Assembly: GCA_965224085.1 (NCBI GenBank)
Contig: CBDCYI010000004.1
Span: 960,001-1,024,000, forward strand
Length of the DNA: 64,000 bases
DNA from: Candidatus Marinacidobacterales bacterium
GTDB lineage: Bacteria; Acidobacteriota; Vicinamibacteria; Marinacidobacterales; SMYC01
Direction: 5' to 3'
This document shows positions 30,311-40,648 of the stretch, piece after piece. Numbering within the stretch: the stretch's first letter is position 1; every line of letters begins with the position of its first letter. The position numbers and the translations under genes were made by a program. The notes beneath the pieces are model-generated. The model was given only the letters and a program-made list of their open reading frames with translations. It searched no databases and was not told the DNA's origin.

Positions 30311-30382
30311 ACTTCCGCCATCAAGAGGCCATTTACCCCTGCCGAATATTGCACGATCGAACAACACGATGACACTCTTATT

Positions 30383-31710
30383 TCAAGTAGGATACTCGCT
30401 TTTGGCAGCGCTGTTCACGTACCAGTCGACGTTGCGTGTCAAGAACATCACGCTCGCGAGCACCAGGAACAGGCCGAGCGATCCCATGAGAAGCGAGTAG
30501 TCCTGAAGCGCGAGCAAGACGAACAAGAAGCCGTAGACGAGTGAAAGCGTGGCGCCCACGATCGCCGCGTGGGCACCTTCGGCGAACATCGCGCGCGCGT
30601 AGAACGACACGAGGAGGACCACGCCTGTGGCCGCAAGTGCATAGGCGGCAGCAAACGTGATGTGCTCGGACAAGGACAAGATCAGAAGATAGAACATGAC
30701 GAGAGCGCTGCCGACCATCAAGTATTGTATGGGATGTATCCGGTAGCGTCCGAAGACCTCGATTAGAAAGAAGATCCCGAGCGTCAACGCGGTGAACAAG
30801 AACTCGTATTTGATGGAGCGCCGGGTCATGCGGTACGCGTCTACGGGCTGGATGAGCTCTACGCCGTAGGTGGGCTCCTCGGGCTCGCGCCGGGGCGGCC
30901 AGCTCTCGAGGCGAGGCCCGAGAGGCCCGTTCACCTCCCACGTGGACGTGAAGCCATCGGCGCGAACGTCTCGCGTTACCGGAAGATGGTTCCCTACGAA
31001 CTTCGGGTGCGGCCAGGTCGAGTCGAGCTCGACGTAAGTGGTGCCCGCCGTTGCGTCGAAGGCGAACCGCTCGCTTCCGTCGATGTCGAGGTCGTAAGCT
31101 ATCTGGAGCGGCTAGGACGCGGTGGTCCCGTCCGCCACATTGGGAAGAGGCGCAGCGATATAAGGCTCGAGACTCGACGGTGTGGGCAAAACACTCACAT
31201 CCTGGATGGAAATGCTTTCCGGCAACGACGGCCTGGAAGGGAGCGCGACTTCAATCGCGTCCCACAAGATCGATTCCTCCTCAACGCCAAGCTCCTCCGG
31301 ATCGGGCCGTGCGAACGTGCCTTCGAAGCGGATCGCAGCACGATACAAGAGCACGTCGAAGATCCCACGCGCGCGGACGATCGGCGACAAGGTCGCTCGG
31401 ATGCGAAGCTCGCGGGGTCTCAGATAAGCGTAGGCGACGCCCACCGAGTTCTCGTACGGATCGATCCAGGGTGTCGCAGCACTTCGATACGGTACGACGA
31501 GCACCGGGACCTGAGGCAGCTGCGAGCCGCCCCAACTCTCCTGAACTTCGGCGATCGCGGCGACGCGATTCTCCTCGCGCTCACCGACGAGGCCTTGGAT
31601 CCAAATGATGGGTATTTGAAGTGCAAGAATCAGCGCTCCGAGGAGCACCATACGTCCCAACACCGAGTCCCGAAACCATAACGCTATATCGCCAATTACT
31701 TCGCTCATAG
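30383..31710 (-). pseudogene. creD: inner membrane protein CreD, split by a single in-frame TAG (31112-31114)
   Basis: GERE..SWGGSQ, WPHPKFVG.HLP, YGVELIQPVDAY, IHPIQYLMVG, LSLSEHI; the two ORFs are in the same frame. Confidence 0.85.
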
Positions 31711-31809
31711 TGTCCATTTCGCCTGAGCGAGGTGGCACGAATGTGGCGAGATAAAGGAATTGTCGTGAGATGTTGCTTCTCCCGCATCATTCCCCCCCTT
31801 GTTCCCGCC

Positions 31810-32280
31810 CTATTCCCAATGCAGCGCTACGATCGGGTCCACACGGCTTGCGCGCGCTGCAGGAAGGTATCCCGACACGCTCGCGACCGTGAGCAGCAAT
31901 ATCTGATCCATCAAAGTGAAGATGGAGCTGTTGGCGCCAATGCCCATCGCGAGCGTTAGGACGACGATAGCGGTGAACCCAGGGTTCGAGCGGGAAGAAC
32001 GGAGCGCGTAGCGAAAATCCTGCGCGATCGAGCTCGGGAGCTCACGTCTCGGTCGCGGCGTCTCGAAAACGCGACGCGGACGGCGAAGTGTCCACGTCGA
32101 GCGGGCGAGGCCCCAAAGCTCCCGCGCTCGGCCGTATTGCCGTTTCAACCACGTGAGCCGCGCGCGGTCGGCTTCCCACTCCGCTACCGTCTGCAACAAG
32201 TCGTCGCCATACTTTTCGCGGAAAGCTCGCGGGCAGAAACGGAGCAGCCAACGGTAAAGGTGACAAAATCGCGACATCAT
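31810..32280 (-). pseudogene. ADOP-type ABC permease collapsed by an in-frame internal deletion (156 aa)
   Basis: Prefix domain FREKYGDD, QDFRYALRS..PGFTAIVVLTLAMGIGANSSIF joined directly to GYLPAARASRVDPIVAL. Confidence 0.82.
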
Positions 32281-32645
32281 GACGCAGTCCCCGGAAGCAC
32301 CTTCTTGGCGCGGGCGGCTTCGACGAGTTCGAGGAGCCTCTCCGACTCTCGGCGCAAGACTTGGCGGCCGAAGCTCGTCAGACGGTAGTAGCGGCGCCGG
32401 CTATCGCCGCTCCTCCCCCGCTTCGGCCCCGGCTTCGGTGATGCCGCGACGTCGATGAGCTCTTCACCCCGCAGCCGTTTGATGGCCGCGTAGAGCGTTC
32501 CTGCCTCGAGCTCGATCTTCCCCGCGGTGCGGGCCGAAATTTCCTTGATCACGCCGTAGCCGTGCAGAGGCCCATCGGCCATGGCGAGAAGCACTTGATA
32601 GGTGAGCGGCGTGAGCGGCAAGAGCGCGTCTGGCTTCGATTTCAT
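32277..32645 (-). CDS. PadR family transcriptional regulator
   Basis: LPLTP..VLLAMADGPLHGY, GTLYAAIKRL, RRRYYRLT. Confidence 0.9.
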   Translation of the reverse strand: MKSKPDALLPLTPLTYQVLLAMADGPLHGYGVIKEISARTAGKIELEAGTLYAAIKRLRGEELIDVAASPKPGPKRGRSGDSRRRYYRLTSFGRQVLRRESERLLELVEAARAKKVLPGTAS

Positions 32646-32649
32646 CCCA

Positions 32650-33713
32650 GTGTCCTCAGGTCGTGCTCACATTATCTACTCGGAGAGCACTGCAGCTCGG
32701 TTCCCATGAGCTTGCTCGAGCGTGACTGGCGCAGAACGGCTCGCGACCTCGTCTCGCTCGCGCGCGTTCAACCCAGCGAAGCTAAAGCGCACTTGCCGCG
32801 CTTCGCGAGCCACGACGTCTGGCAGGCGCGCGTGTACGCGGCGCGCGCGGCTCGCATTCTCGAAGACGACAGGACGCTAGAAAAACTCCGCTCCGACAGC
32901 CACCCGAACGTTGTCGGTGCCGCGCTCGTCACGCCGGCGCAAGCGCTCGCGACGCTCGGAAGCGATCATTACGGACTTCTCGTGAGAGCACTTGGGCTGC
33001 TCAAAGGGGGCGTCATTCGTTTTGACATCCCGACCTTGCTGACCGCGTTGAAGCGAGTCACGAACGAGGGCCGAGCTACGTCGCGCGACCCGCGGCGCTT
33101 GATGCTCGAGCGGCTAAGCGAGTTCGGTGTCGCGAACGAGCTCGAGTTCCTTCTCTCGGACTTCGATCCGTTCATCGCCGAGCTCGCGGCACGCATCATG
33201 CGAGAAAACGGCGAAACGGCAGCATCGAAGACAACGCTTTTCGCACCCACAGTCGCACCTTCGGAGGCGCTCCTCCAAAAGATCGCTGGTGCAAAGGCGC
33301 GCATCCGCATGAAGGAAGCAGGCAGCTTCGTGCTCGTGCTATTGCCAGAGGCCGCCCCATTCACGGTGGCGCAATTCGTCAAACTCGCCGAGGCCGGCTA
33401 TTACGACGGCCTCACCTTCCATCGCATCGCGCCGAACTTCGTCCTTCAGGGCGGAAGCCCCGGGGCCAACGAGTTCGTGGGAACGGACGGCTACATTCGT
33501 GACGAAGTCGGCCGTCTATCACATGAACGCGGGACGCTCGGCATCTCGACGCGCGGGCGCGACACCGGAGACAGCCAACTCTTCATCAACCTCGTCGACA
33601 ACTATCGACTCGATCACAACTATACGGTCTTCGCACGCGTTGTCGAAGGACTCGACAACGTCGACAAGATCCAAGAAGGCGACGTGATGGTCTCTGTGAC
33701 GATCGAGCGTTGA
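32650..33713 (+). pseudogene. HEAT-repeat + cyclophilin peptidyl-prolyl isomerase, probably 5'-truncated
   Basis: GYYDGLTFHRIAPNFVLQGG, STRGRDTGDSQLFINL; no signal peptide or credible upstream start. Confidence 0.7.
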
Positions 33714-33718
33714 GGGCA

Positions 33719-34591
33719 CTAAGTCGCGGATTGCATCCAGCGGAAGCCTTTTTCCATCTCTGCGCGCATGCGTTCACGCTCGAAGTGGCACCGTCGCCCG
33801 TGACCGGGCAGGATCCACTCGAAATCATAGGCGCGTAGTAGCTCCGTAGAGCGCACGAGCTCACTCCAGTCGTACCAGCACACGCTGCGGAACGCATATA
33901 TATGGCCCCTCGTGTCACTCCACGCGATGTGGTCTCCGGTGAACAAGAATTTGTCCCGGTAGAGCAAACAAGACGAGCCCGACGTGTGGCCCGGCGTGGG
34001 GATGACGAGCGTATCTTCATCGAGGCGCACCGGTTCGAAGCCGGAGATAGGTCGCTCGATAGCGCGCGTTCCCGCGCCTATCTCGTCTTCGTGCAACACG
34101 CGCTCGCAGCCGAAGTGGTCGCGGAACTTGGCGTGATCCGCCACGTCGTCCCTATGCGTCAGGAACATCGTGCGCACGCCGCCGAGCGCTTCGAGCCGGC
34201 GGACGAGCGGACGGTTGAAGCGCGGGGAATCCACGAGGATGTTCCCCGCCTCGCGGACAATCAGATAGCTCGTAGCCCCGTAGCTCGACTCGGAATGGTA
34301 GCCGCAGTGATAGACGCCGTCATCGATGCGGTCCGGAAGCGCCATGCCTGCTTCGGTGACATCGTGCTTCCGCTCGGTCCCGATCGAGACCGTGGGACAC
34401 GAGAGCAAGGCCATGAGGGCCCGCAGCCGTTCGTCGTCGCGGACGGGCTGGCGATGGACACTCGCCTGCCCCTGACGCTGCATGAACGTGTCGGGCGCCA
34501 TCCACCGGCAAGTATCGCAGTCGATGCAGCTCGCATCGACGAAGAAATCTCCCGAGGCATTATGTTCTAGCCGGCGCTCCAACTGGGCCAT
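33719..34591 (-). CDS. ferredoxin-fused metallo-beta-lactamase fold hydrolase
   Basis: CIDCDTC...SCP ferredoxin; THRDDVADH, TPGHT, FTGDH, PGHG. Confidence 0.88.
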   Translation of the reverse strand: MAQLERRLEHNASGDFFVDASCIDCDTCRWMAPDTFMQRQGQASVHRQPVRDDERLRALMALLSCPTVSIGTERKHDVTEAGMALPDRIDDGVYHCGYHSESSYGATSYLIVREAGNILVDSPRFNRPLVRRLEALGGVRTMFLTHRDDVADHAKFRDHFGCERVLHEDEIGAGTRAIERPISGFEPVRLDEDTLVIPTPGHTSGSSCLLYRDKFLFTGDHIAWSDTRGHIYAFRSVCWYDWSELVRSTELLRAYDFEWILPGHGRRCHFERERMRAEMEKGFRWMQSAT

Positions 34592-34851
34592 GCCCCAGTA
34601 TAACTTGGCCTCAGACCAAGGCCCCGGATGAAACGCAACAGAAAGAGAAGAATCAGCGGGGAAAAATCGAGGCCGCCCATCGGGGGCAGAAGCTTCCGAA
34701 TCGGCGCAAGAAAAGGCTCCGTCAACATCCTCGAATAGTGCACGATGGGGTTATTGGGCGGAAGCTGCATCCAACTCGTTATGACCGCGACGAGCACCAC
34801 GAGAAAGTAGAGATCGAGGAACTGCGCGAAGGGACTGCCGCCGCCGGACAC
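34567..34851 (-). CDS. YggT family membrane protein
   Basis: NNPIV...LTEPFLAPIRKLLPPMGGLDFSP. Confidence 0.82.
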   Translation of the reverse strand: MSGGGSPFAQFLDLYFLVVLVAVITSWMQLPPNNPIVHYSRMLTEPFLAPIRKLLPPMGGLDFSPLILLFLLRFIRGLGLRPSYTGAWPSWSAG

Positions 34852-34871
34852 GCGAAGATGCTAACACAGGC

Positions 34872-36434
34872 TCAGTGTGCGCTCACCTTCGTCGTCACGT
34901 GAAGCTCGAAAAGAGCCGCCTCGGCGTCGTTACGCACCAGAAGGTAGCGACCAGCGAGCGCCGGACTGTTCCAGATCTTCCCATCTAGGGCCCGAAAGCG
35001 CGTCAGCTCCCGAAGCTCGTCGGGCGACGGCTCCACGAGCATGATCGCGCCGTGCTCGCCTTGAACGATCAGCAGCCCGTCGTCCTCACCCCGCGCTCGT
35101 ACGAGAAGAAGCTGCCCATGCCCGTAACGCCCCCCTTTCCACTTTCGCTGCCCGTTCTCCGGGTCGATGCAAACCATGATGCCATCGTCGATTCCATAGA
35201 CGAAGCCGTCGTAATAGATGAAGTTGGCGAACTTGGATTTCAGTCGCAGGCTCTCCCAAACGAGCTCTGCGGCGAGGGTATCGTCCGAGCGCTTGTCGAC
35301 GCGGAAGAGCTTCGCGCCCACGCCGTATCCGGCTGATGCCAAGAGCCGGTCGCCCGAAAGTAGAAGCGGCTGGGCAACGTTGGGCTGTCGCCGCGGCCAT
35401 GCCTGCGTCCATAAAACGTGTCCCGTTTGAATGTCATGACCCGTCAAGCTCGCGCCGTTGAAAGCAACGATCTGCTCGACGCCGGCGAGCGTTGCAATGA
35501 TGGGTGAGGCATAGCCAGCGCCGTCGTCACCCGAGCGCCAGATCTCATGCCCGTTCTCCGCGTCGTAGGCGACCAACGTCGCGGACTTGCCGCCGGCGAC
35601 GATGACGCGTCCCTCCGAAACGAGCGGAGAGTCGCTCTTTCCCCAAACCGGGACACCGGACGCGCGGTCTCGAATCACGTCTCGCTTCCAAAGCGTCGTT
35701 CCCGAATCGAGCTCGATAACCGTAAGGAGTCCCGTACCGCCCATCGCGTAAACCCGCCCGCCGTGAATCGTGGGTGTCGCCCGAGGTCCCTCGCCCGCAA
35801 GCGCGTTCTGATAGTGAGCGACTTCACGCGTCGCCCACTCGACCCGTCCGGTCGAAAGCTCGTAGCGCACGACGCGTTCTTCAGCGCTGTGCTGCTCCTG
35901 CGTGAGCGCTGCGTTACCCGACACGGAGAACCCGGACCAACCGCGCCCGACGGGCCGTCGCCACAAGAGCTTGGGTGGCTCGGCCGCCCAATCTCGGGAA
36001 AGACGATCGCCTTTGATCTCGCCGTTACGGTCCGGGCCAAGGAATTGCGGAAAGTCCGCGACCCCCGGAAGCGACGCGAGGTTGTCGGAAGCGAGATTCG
36101 CGGCACTCGAGCGAAATCGTAGCTCGAACCAAGGGACGAGGTCGCCACTCACGCCGCGGTACTCAAACAGCGCAAGAAAGGCGACTAGAAGAGAGAAGAA
36201 ACCTCCGACGAACAAAACACGAGAGCGCCGAGGCAGCCGAGAAAACAAGACGCCCCAGAAGAGCAGGAGTAAGGACGCCAGGAGGAGGACCCCCGTGGTC
36301 ATCACGACTTTCTCTTGACGGATCCGCTCACTGGAGTCGGAAGCTCCGAGCCATGTCATCGTGACGAGCACGACGGCAAGGATTCCGATCAGATAGACAG
36401 GCCACCAACGGGGACGAGAACTCGATTCCGGCAT
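34872..36434 (-). CDS. membrane-anchored PQQ-like (BamB-type) beta-propeller protein
   Basis: Three TM helices, then FPQFLGPDRNG, GPRATPTI, GYASPI, WNSPALAG. Confidence 0.85.
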   Translation of the reverse strand: MPESSSRPRWWPVYLIGILAVVLVTMTWLGASDSSERIRQEKVVMTTGVLLLASLLLLFWGVLFSRLPRRSRVLFVGGFFSLLVAFLALFEYRGVSGDLVPWFELRFRSSAANLASDNLASLPGVADFPQFLGPDRNGEIKGDRLSRDWAAEPPKLLWRRPVGRGWSGFSVSGNAALTQEQHSAEERVVRYELSTGRVEWATREVAHYQNALAGEGPRATPTIHGGRVYAMGGTGLLTVIELDSGTTLWKRDVIRDRASGVPVWGKSDSPLVSEGRVIVAGGKSATLVAYDAENGHEIWRSGDDGAGYASPIIATLAGVEQIVAFNGASLTGHDIQTGHVLWTQAWPRRQPNVAQPLLLSGDRLLASAGYGVGAKLFRVDKRSDDTLAAELVWESLRLKSKFANFIYYDGFVYGIDDGIMVCIDPENGQRKWKGGRYGHGQLLLVRARGEDDGLLIVQGEHGAIMLVEPSPDELRELTRFRALDGKIWNSPALAGRYLLVRNDAEAALFELHVTTKVSAH

Positions 36435-36494
36435 GTAAGGAGCAGCGTAGCCCATCGAGCGGAGGAGGTCCATACGATTGCTACAATAGGTTCG

Positions 36495-37235
36495 ATGGTG
36501 TCGCCCCCTGTTCAAAACCCCAACGAATCGCGATGGCCGCTCGCGCTCACGGTGCTAGGGCTCGGCTTGCTCAGCCTCGCCGGCTATTTCTTCCACAGCA
36601 CGCGCAGCCTACCCGGAGACCTGATCGAACAGGGACGCTCCCTCCTCGGCGAAGCGCGCTCGGTGGCGGAAGGCTTCAAGAAGGGCACGGTCACGACGCG
36701 TTTCATCAGCTACGCCGCCGAGATGAGCGGCAGCCACTATTTACAATTCGCCACTCTCAAGGAAATGGAGGTTTTCGAGCGCAAAGACTCGGCCACGGTT
36801 CTTTGGGGTCAGTTGGCGCTACCGGACATCGTCGTGCGCGCGGAAGCTCCCGTCGAGTACACGTACTATCTCGACCTCGACGAGCCGTGGGAGCTTGTGC
36901 TCGAGGAGCACGCCGTCGTCGTGCGCGCACCCGCCATCCACTACAACACGCCCGCGATCGACGTCTCCAATATCCGCTATGAAGTGGCCGATCGAAGTCT
37001 CTGGCGTAATGAAGAAGAAGCGCTCGAGAGTCTGCGACGCGGGCTCTCGCAGTTGTCGCAGCAGCGCGCCGCGGAGAATGTAACTCTCGTCCGGGAGCTA
37101 GGGCGCAAGCAAACCGCCGAATTCATCCGCACCTGGCTCATGGCCTCTTACGACGATGCCGACGCTTACCGTGTCGATGTGATCTTCGCGGACGAGGCGC
37201 GGTCCGAGCCTACGTTTACCGAGCTCCCGCGCTGA
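36495..37235 (+). CDS. hypothetical membrane-anchored protein
   Basis: N-terminal TM helix, host-like codon usage; TACAAT at 36482-36487 lies 7 nt before the ATG. Confidence 0.7.
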   Translation: MVSPPVQNPNESRWPLALTVLGLGLLSLAGYFFHSTRSLPGDLIEQGRSLLGEARSVAEGFKKGTVTTRFISYAAEMSGSHYLQFATLKEMEVFERKDSATVLWGQLALPDIVVRAEAPVEYTYYLDLDEPWELVLEEHAVVVRAPAIHYNTPAIDVSNIRYEVADRSLWRNEEEALESLRRGLSQLSQQRAAENVTLVRELGRKQTAEFIRTWLMASYDDADAYRVDVIFADEARSEPTFTELPR

Positions 37236-37240
37236 GCTAG

Positions 37241-39243
37241 CCCATGTTTACCCTTTATGGGCACCCTAACGCTCGTAAGTGACTGAATTCAAAGGAACGG
37301 GGGTTGAATTTTGCCCAAAACGTAGAGACAGATATTGTGCTTTGAGCGCCATTAATACGTTGTAATCGTGGACAATGATATGTAGTATGCGTGAGGACAG
37401 GTTATGTTCTTCCGCATCGTTCGGGCCGCAGGCGGCAAAGGGGTTCAACATGAGTATGTCCGCCTGGTCGAGTCGTATCGGGAGCACGGCAAGCCGAAGC
37501 AACGCGTAGTGTGCAACTTGGGGCGCAAGGATCTCCTAGTTGCCAATCTCGACTCCCTCAATCGGTTGCTTGGGGCCGGTGAACCGGCCGACACCGAGCG
37601 AGCAGCCGAGCAGATCGCGGGGGCAGACGCGTGGGATTGGGGTCCGATGGTGGTGACGGCGACGCTGTGGCGCGAGCTCGGACTGGAGCAGATTCTCGAC
37701 CGGCTCGGAGGCCGCGGCAAGCGCGACGGAGTGGCGCTAAGCGAGCGAGCTTTGGTGCTGGTCGCCAACCGGCTATGTGCTCCGTCAAGCGAGCACGGTC
37801 TGGCGCGCTGGCTCGAGACCGACTTCGTCTGCGACCGGCAGGGGCGGCGGTGGGTGCCGCAGTGGCGCGATGATGGGGAGCGGCGAGCGAGTCGCTCCCC
37901 GCGGGTTCGCGTGGAGTTTTGCCAACTCAAGCAATGGTACCGAACGCTCGACCAGCTGCATGCCCGCAAAGAACAGATCGAGAAAGAGCTGTTTTTGCGC
38001 TTGCGGGATCTGTTTTCGCTTGAGGTTGACATGGTGTTTTACGACCTGACGTCGACGTACTTCGAAGGTCAAGGCCCTCCGGGGCTCGGCGCCCACGGCT
38101 ACAGTCGCGACCGCAGACCGCGTAACCGGCAAGTGCTTGTCGGTCTGGTGATGGTGGACGGTTGGCCGATCGCCCACCATGTTTTCGCCGGCAACTGGCG
38201 TGACGCGAAAACGGTGCCGCAGGTGCTCAACGATCTCAACGAACGATTCGGTTTGCACCGCGTGGTTTTTGTCGGCGACCGAGGGATGGTAACGAGCGAC
38301 AGCCTGGCGGTGGTGCGCTCGCGCAAGCAGGGCTATCTCGTCGGGCTGCAAAGACGACGGCGCGAGGAGGTCTATCGTTACATCGAGCGCGCCAGCGGAG
38401 AGTGGATCGACTGCCCTGGTGGCATCACGGTGAGCGAAAAAGCCGAGCCACCTAAGACTCGTGTGCAAGAAGTCCGCTCCGAGCAGTCTGGCGTGCGCAT
38501 CTTCGTCGTTCACAGCGACGAAAGGCTCGCCTACGAGCGCGGGCAGAGGCTGCGGGCCATGGGACGTGCCCGTGCGGCATTCGAGGCCCTCGAGCGCCGC
38601 GTGCGCGAGGGACGATTGAAAGCCCCCGAGAAAATCGGTGCCGCCGCCGCGCGCATACAGGCACGCCACCACGGTCACCGTTACTACGACTGGGAGTACA
38701 AAAACGCTCGCTTCCGCTTCTTCGAGCACCCGGTCAACCTCAAGCGCGAGCAAGCCTACGAGGGTAAGTACGTTATTCAAACCGAGGAGCAAAACCTCTC
38801 TCCGGTCGACGCCGTGCGCCTTTACAAGGACCTAAACGAGGTCGAGCGAGCCTTCTCATGCCTTAAGGATGTCATTGAGATGCGTCCCGTTTACCACCAG
38901 ACCGATGAGCGTGTGGGGGCACATCTTTTCGTAGCTACGCTGGCCTTCCTTGTGCATCGGGCTCTTGAGAAAAAGCTCAAGGTCGCCGAACTCGACCTGT
39001 CCGCAACCGAGGCACTACAAGCGCTACGCTCGGTCCGGCTCGTCGACTTACAGCTGGGTTCTGGGCGGACCAAGCGCGTCGTCACGCGCGGCACCGCTCG
39101 CGCCAACTCGATCCTGACTGCACTCGGAATCGTTGAACGCGACCCGCCAGCCTTCTCCGAGGAGGTGCTGTCAGCGTAGAGACAAACCGCGGATCTCAGT
39201 CCTTTGTTTATGATGACTTAGAGACCTAAAAGGGAAACATGGG
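37241..39243 (+). mobile_element. IS1634 family element, CTAG target duplication
   Basis: IRs CCCATGTTTACCCTTT / revcomp CCCATGTTTCCCTTTT; CTAG at 37237-37240 and 39244-39247. Confidence 0.88.
37404..39179 (+). CDS. IS1634 family transposase
   Basis: YVRLVESYR..GKPKQR, FYDLTSTYFEG, GYSRDRR, FVGDRGM, VERAFSCLK..RPVYH. Confidence 0.92.
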   Translation: MFFRIVRAAGGKGVQHEYVRLVESYREHGKPKQRVVCNLGRKDLLVANLDSLNRLLGAGEPADTERAAEQIAGADAWDWGPMVVTATLWRELGLEQILDRLGGRGKRDGVALSERALVLVANRLCAPSSEHGLARWLETDFVCDRQGRRWVPQWRDDGERRASRSPRVRVEFCQLKQWYRTLDQLHARKEQIEKELFLRLRDLFSLEVDMVFYDLTSTYFEGQGPPGLGAHGYSRDRRPRNRQVLVGLVMVDGWPIAHHVFAGNWRDAKTVPQVLNDLNERFGLHRVVFVGDRGMVTSDSLAVVRSRKQGYLVGLQRRRREEVYRYIERASGEWIDCPGGITVSEKAEPPKTRVQEVRSEQSGVRIFVVHSDERLAYERGQRLRAMGRARAAFEALERRVREGRLKAPEKIGAAAARIQARHHGHRYYDWEYKNARFRFFEHPVNLKREQAYEGKYVIQTEEQNLSPVDAVRLYKDLNEVERAFSCLKDVIEMRPVYHQTDERVGAHLFVATLAFLVHRALEKKLKVAELDLSATEALQALRSVRLVDLQLGSGRTKRVVTRGTARANSILTALGIVERDPPAFSEEVLSA

Positions 39244-39270
39244 CTAGCAGCTTACTTATCTGGACTCCTC

Positions 39271-39556
39271 AATCAACACCTTTCTCAAAAAAGTCTTCCT
39301 CAGAGCTGCTCGTCCAAATCGGTGACGAGTGGGTCAGACTGCAAACATATCTACGGCCTCAGTGAGGAGCGTCTTGGGTGCTCCGGGCCATGACGGAAAA
39401 TCCGCGCGCGAGGAGCCAATCACTTTGAGCGACCTCTGAGGGCCAGTGTTGCTATCGGCTTGACCCCGCGCCGGTCCGACCGGTACGCCATCAGTTGGAT
39501 GGGTATCGTCGCAGCCTCTGTTGGAAGGGAAGAAGGAAAACACGAAAGTGGAGCCT
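39271..39556 (-). ncRNA. candidate seekRNA/bridge RNA of the IS1111-type element
   Basis: About 290-nt non-coding region 3' of the transposase with stems and segments matching the target and the circle junction; RNA ends are not determinable from sequence. Confidence 0.65.
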
Positions 39557-40591
39557 CTATGCGGCCGCGGGCACCGACTGGAATTCACTCTCGCGGGTGG
39601 AGACGGCCCAGACTATCCGGGCGAGTTTGTTGGCGACAGCAATCGCGGCTTTGTTGTGTCCCCGCGAGCGGTGGACCTTCCGCGCCCAGGCGCGGAGCTT
39701 GTCGGGCGGGCTCTTGCTGACGTTGGCCGCTCGGAGCACGGCGCGTCCGCCCTGCGTGAGGAGCGTACGGAGGTAGGAGTCGCCACGCTTGGTGATGCGC
39801 CCGAGGCGGCGAATGTCACCACTGGAGTTCTCTTTGGGAACGAGGCCGAGGTAACTCGAGAAGCGGCGTCCCGATGGGAAGCGGCGCAGATCCCCAACGA
39901 AGCCGACGATGGCGGTCGCGGTCAGAAGTCCGATGCCGGGAATGGTGAGAAGTCGTTGCACCTCAGGAAGCTGCTTGGCGAGCGCCTTGAGCTCGTGCTC
40001 GATGCCAGCGCACTTGTCCTTGAGCTCTCGAATCTCGGAGCACGCATCACGCAGGTGCGGACGGAGCACGTCGGGCAAATCAGAATCAGCGTCTTCGACG
40101 AGCTCGGAGATGGCGGGCACGACGAAGTGAGCGCCCTTGGGGATGAAGAGTCCGAGCTCGCGCAGGATCCCGCGTACGGCATTGATGCGTGCGGTCCGTG
40201 TGGAGAGCCATCCTGAGCGTAGGCGATGGAGCGCGGCGAGGGTGTGCTGGCGCACGGACTTGATGGGCACCGAAAGAATCTCCTCGTTCCGGTAAGCCTC
40301 GAGCAAAGCTTTGGTGTCCGCGCGGTCGTTCTTGCTCCCGCGTCGATACGGCCTTACGAGGTGAGGTGGGAGCAGGACGACGTCGTGTCCCAACCGTCGC
40401 AACGTCCTTGCCCAAAAGTGAGCCGAGCCGCAGGCTTCGAGAAGCACGGTGGCAGCGCTCTGTTTCGCAAAAAACGACACCAACTTGGGTCGACTCACAC
40501 GGAGTTGCTTGGACACTTTCCCCGCTTCGCGCGAGATGGCAATCTCGAAGACGTTCTTTGCAAGATCCACAGCGATCGTCGTATCTTTCAT
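39557..40591 (-). CDS. IS110 family DEDD recombinase/transposase
   Basis: IAVDLAK, LLEACG, KNDRAD, TIPGIG, LGLVPKENSSG, AVANKLAR; GGAGGAG SD upstream of ATG 40591. Confidence 0.93.
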   Translation of the reverse strand: MKDTTIAVDLAKNVFEIAISREAGKVSKQLRVSRPKLVSFFAKQSAATVLLEACGSAHFWARTLRRLGHDVVLLPPHLVRPYRRGSKNDRADTKALLEAYRNEEILSVPIKSVRQHTLAALHRLRSGWLSTRTARINAVRGILRELGLFIPKGAHFVVPAISELVEDADSDLPDVLRPHLRDACSEIRELKDKCAGIEHELKALAKQLPEVQRLLTIPGIGLLTATAIVGFVGDLRRFPSGRRFSSYLGLVPKENSSGDIRRLGRITKRGDSYLRTLLTQGGRAVLRAANVSKSPPDKLRAWARKVHRSRGHNKAAIAVANKLARIVWAVSTRESEFQSVPAAA

Positions 40592-40648
40592 TCGGACTCC
40601 TCCTTTTTCGATGCGTTCTTTCGACTGACTTTGGCACATCGATGCCGT

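Noticed and set aside
8718-31710. Amber (TAG) recoding suggested by in-frame TAGs in the PhyH remnant and creD
   Set aside because: Many intact genes (doc, both vapC, glnS, efp, padR) end in TAG, PhyH is also frameshifted, and an in-frame TGA occurs in the cytochrome gene; ordinary nonsense mutation explains it.
39592-40639. Upstream start at 40639 for the IS110 transposase
   Set aside because: A strong SD precedes ATG 40591, and family homology begins there.
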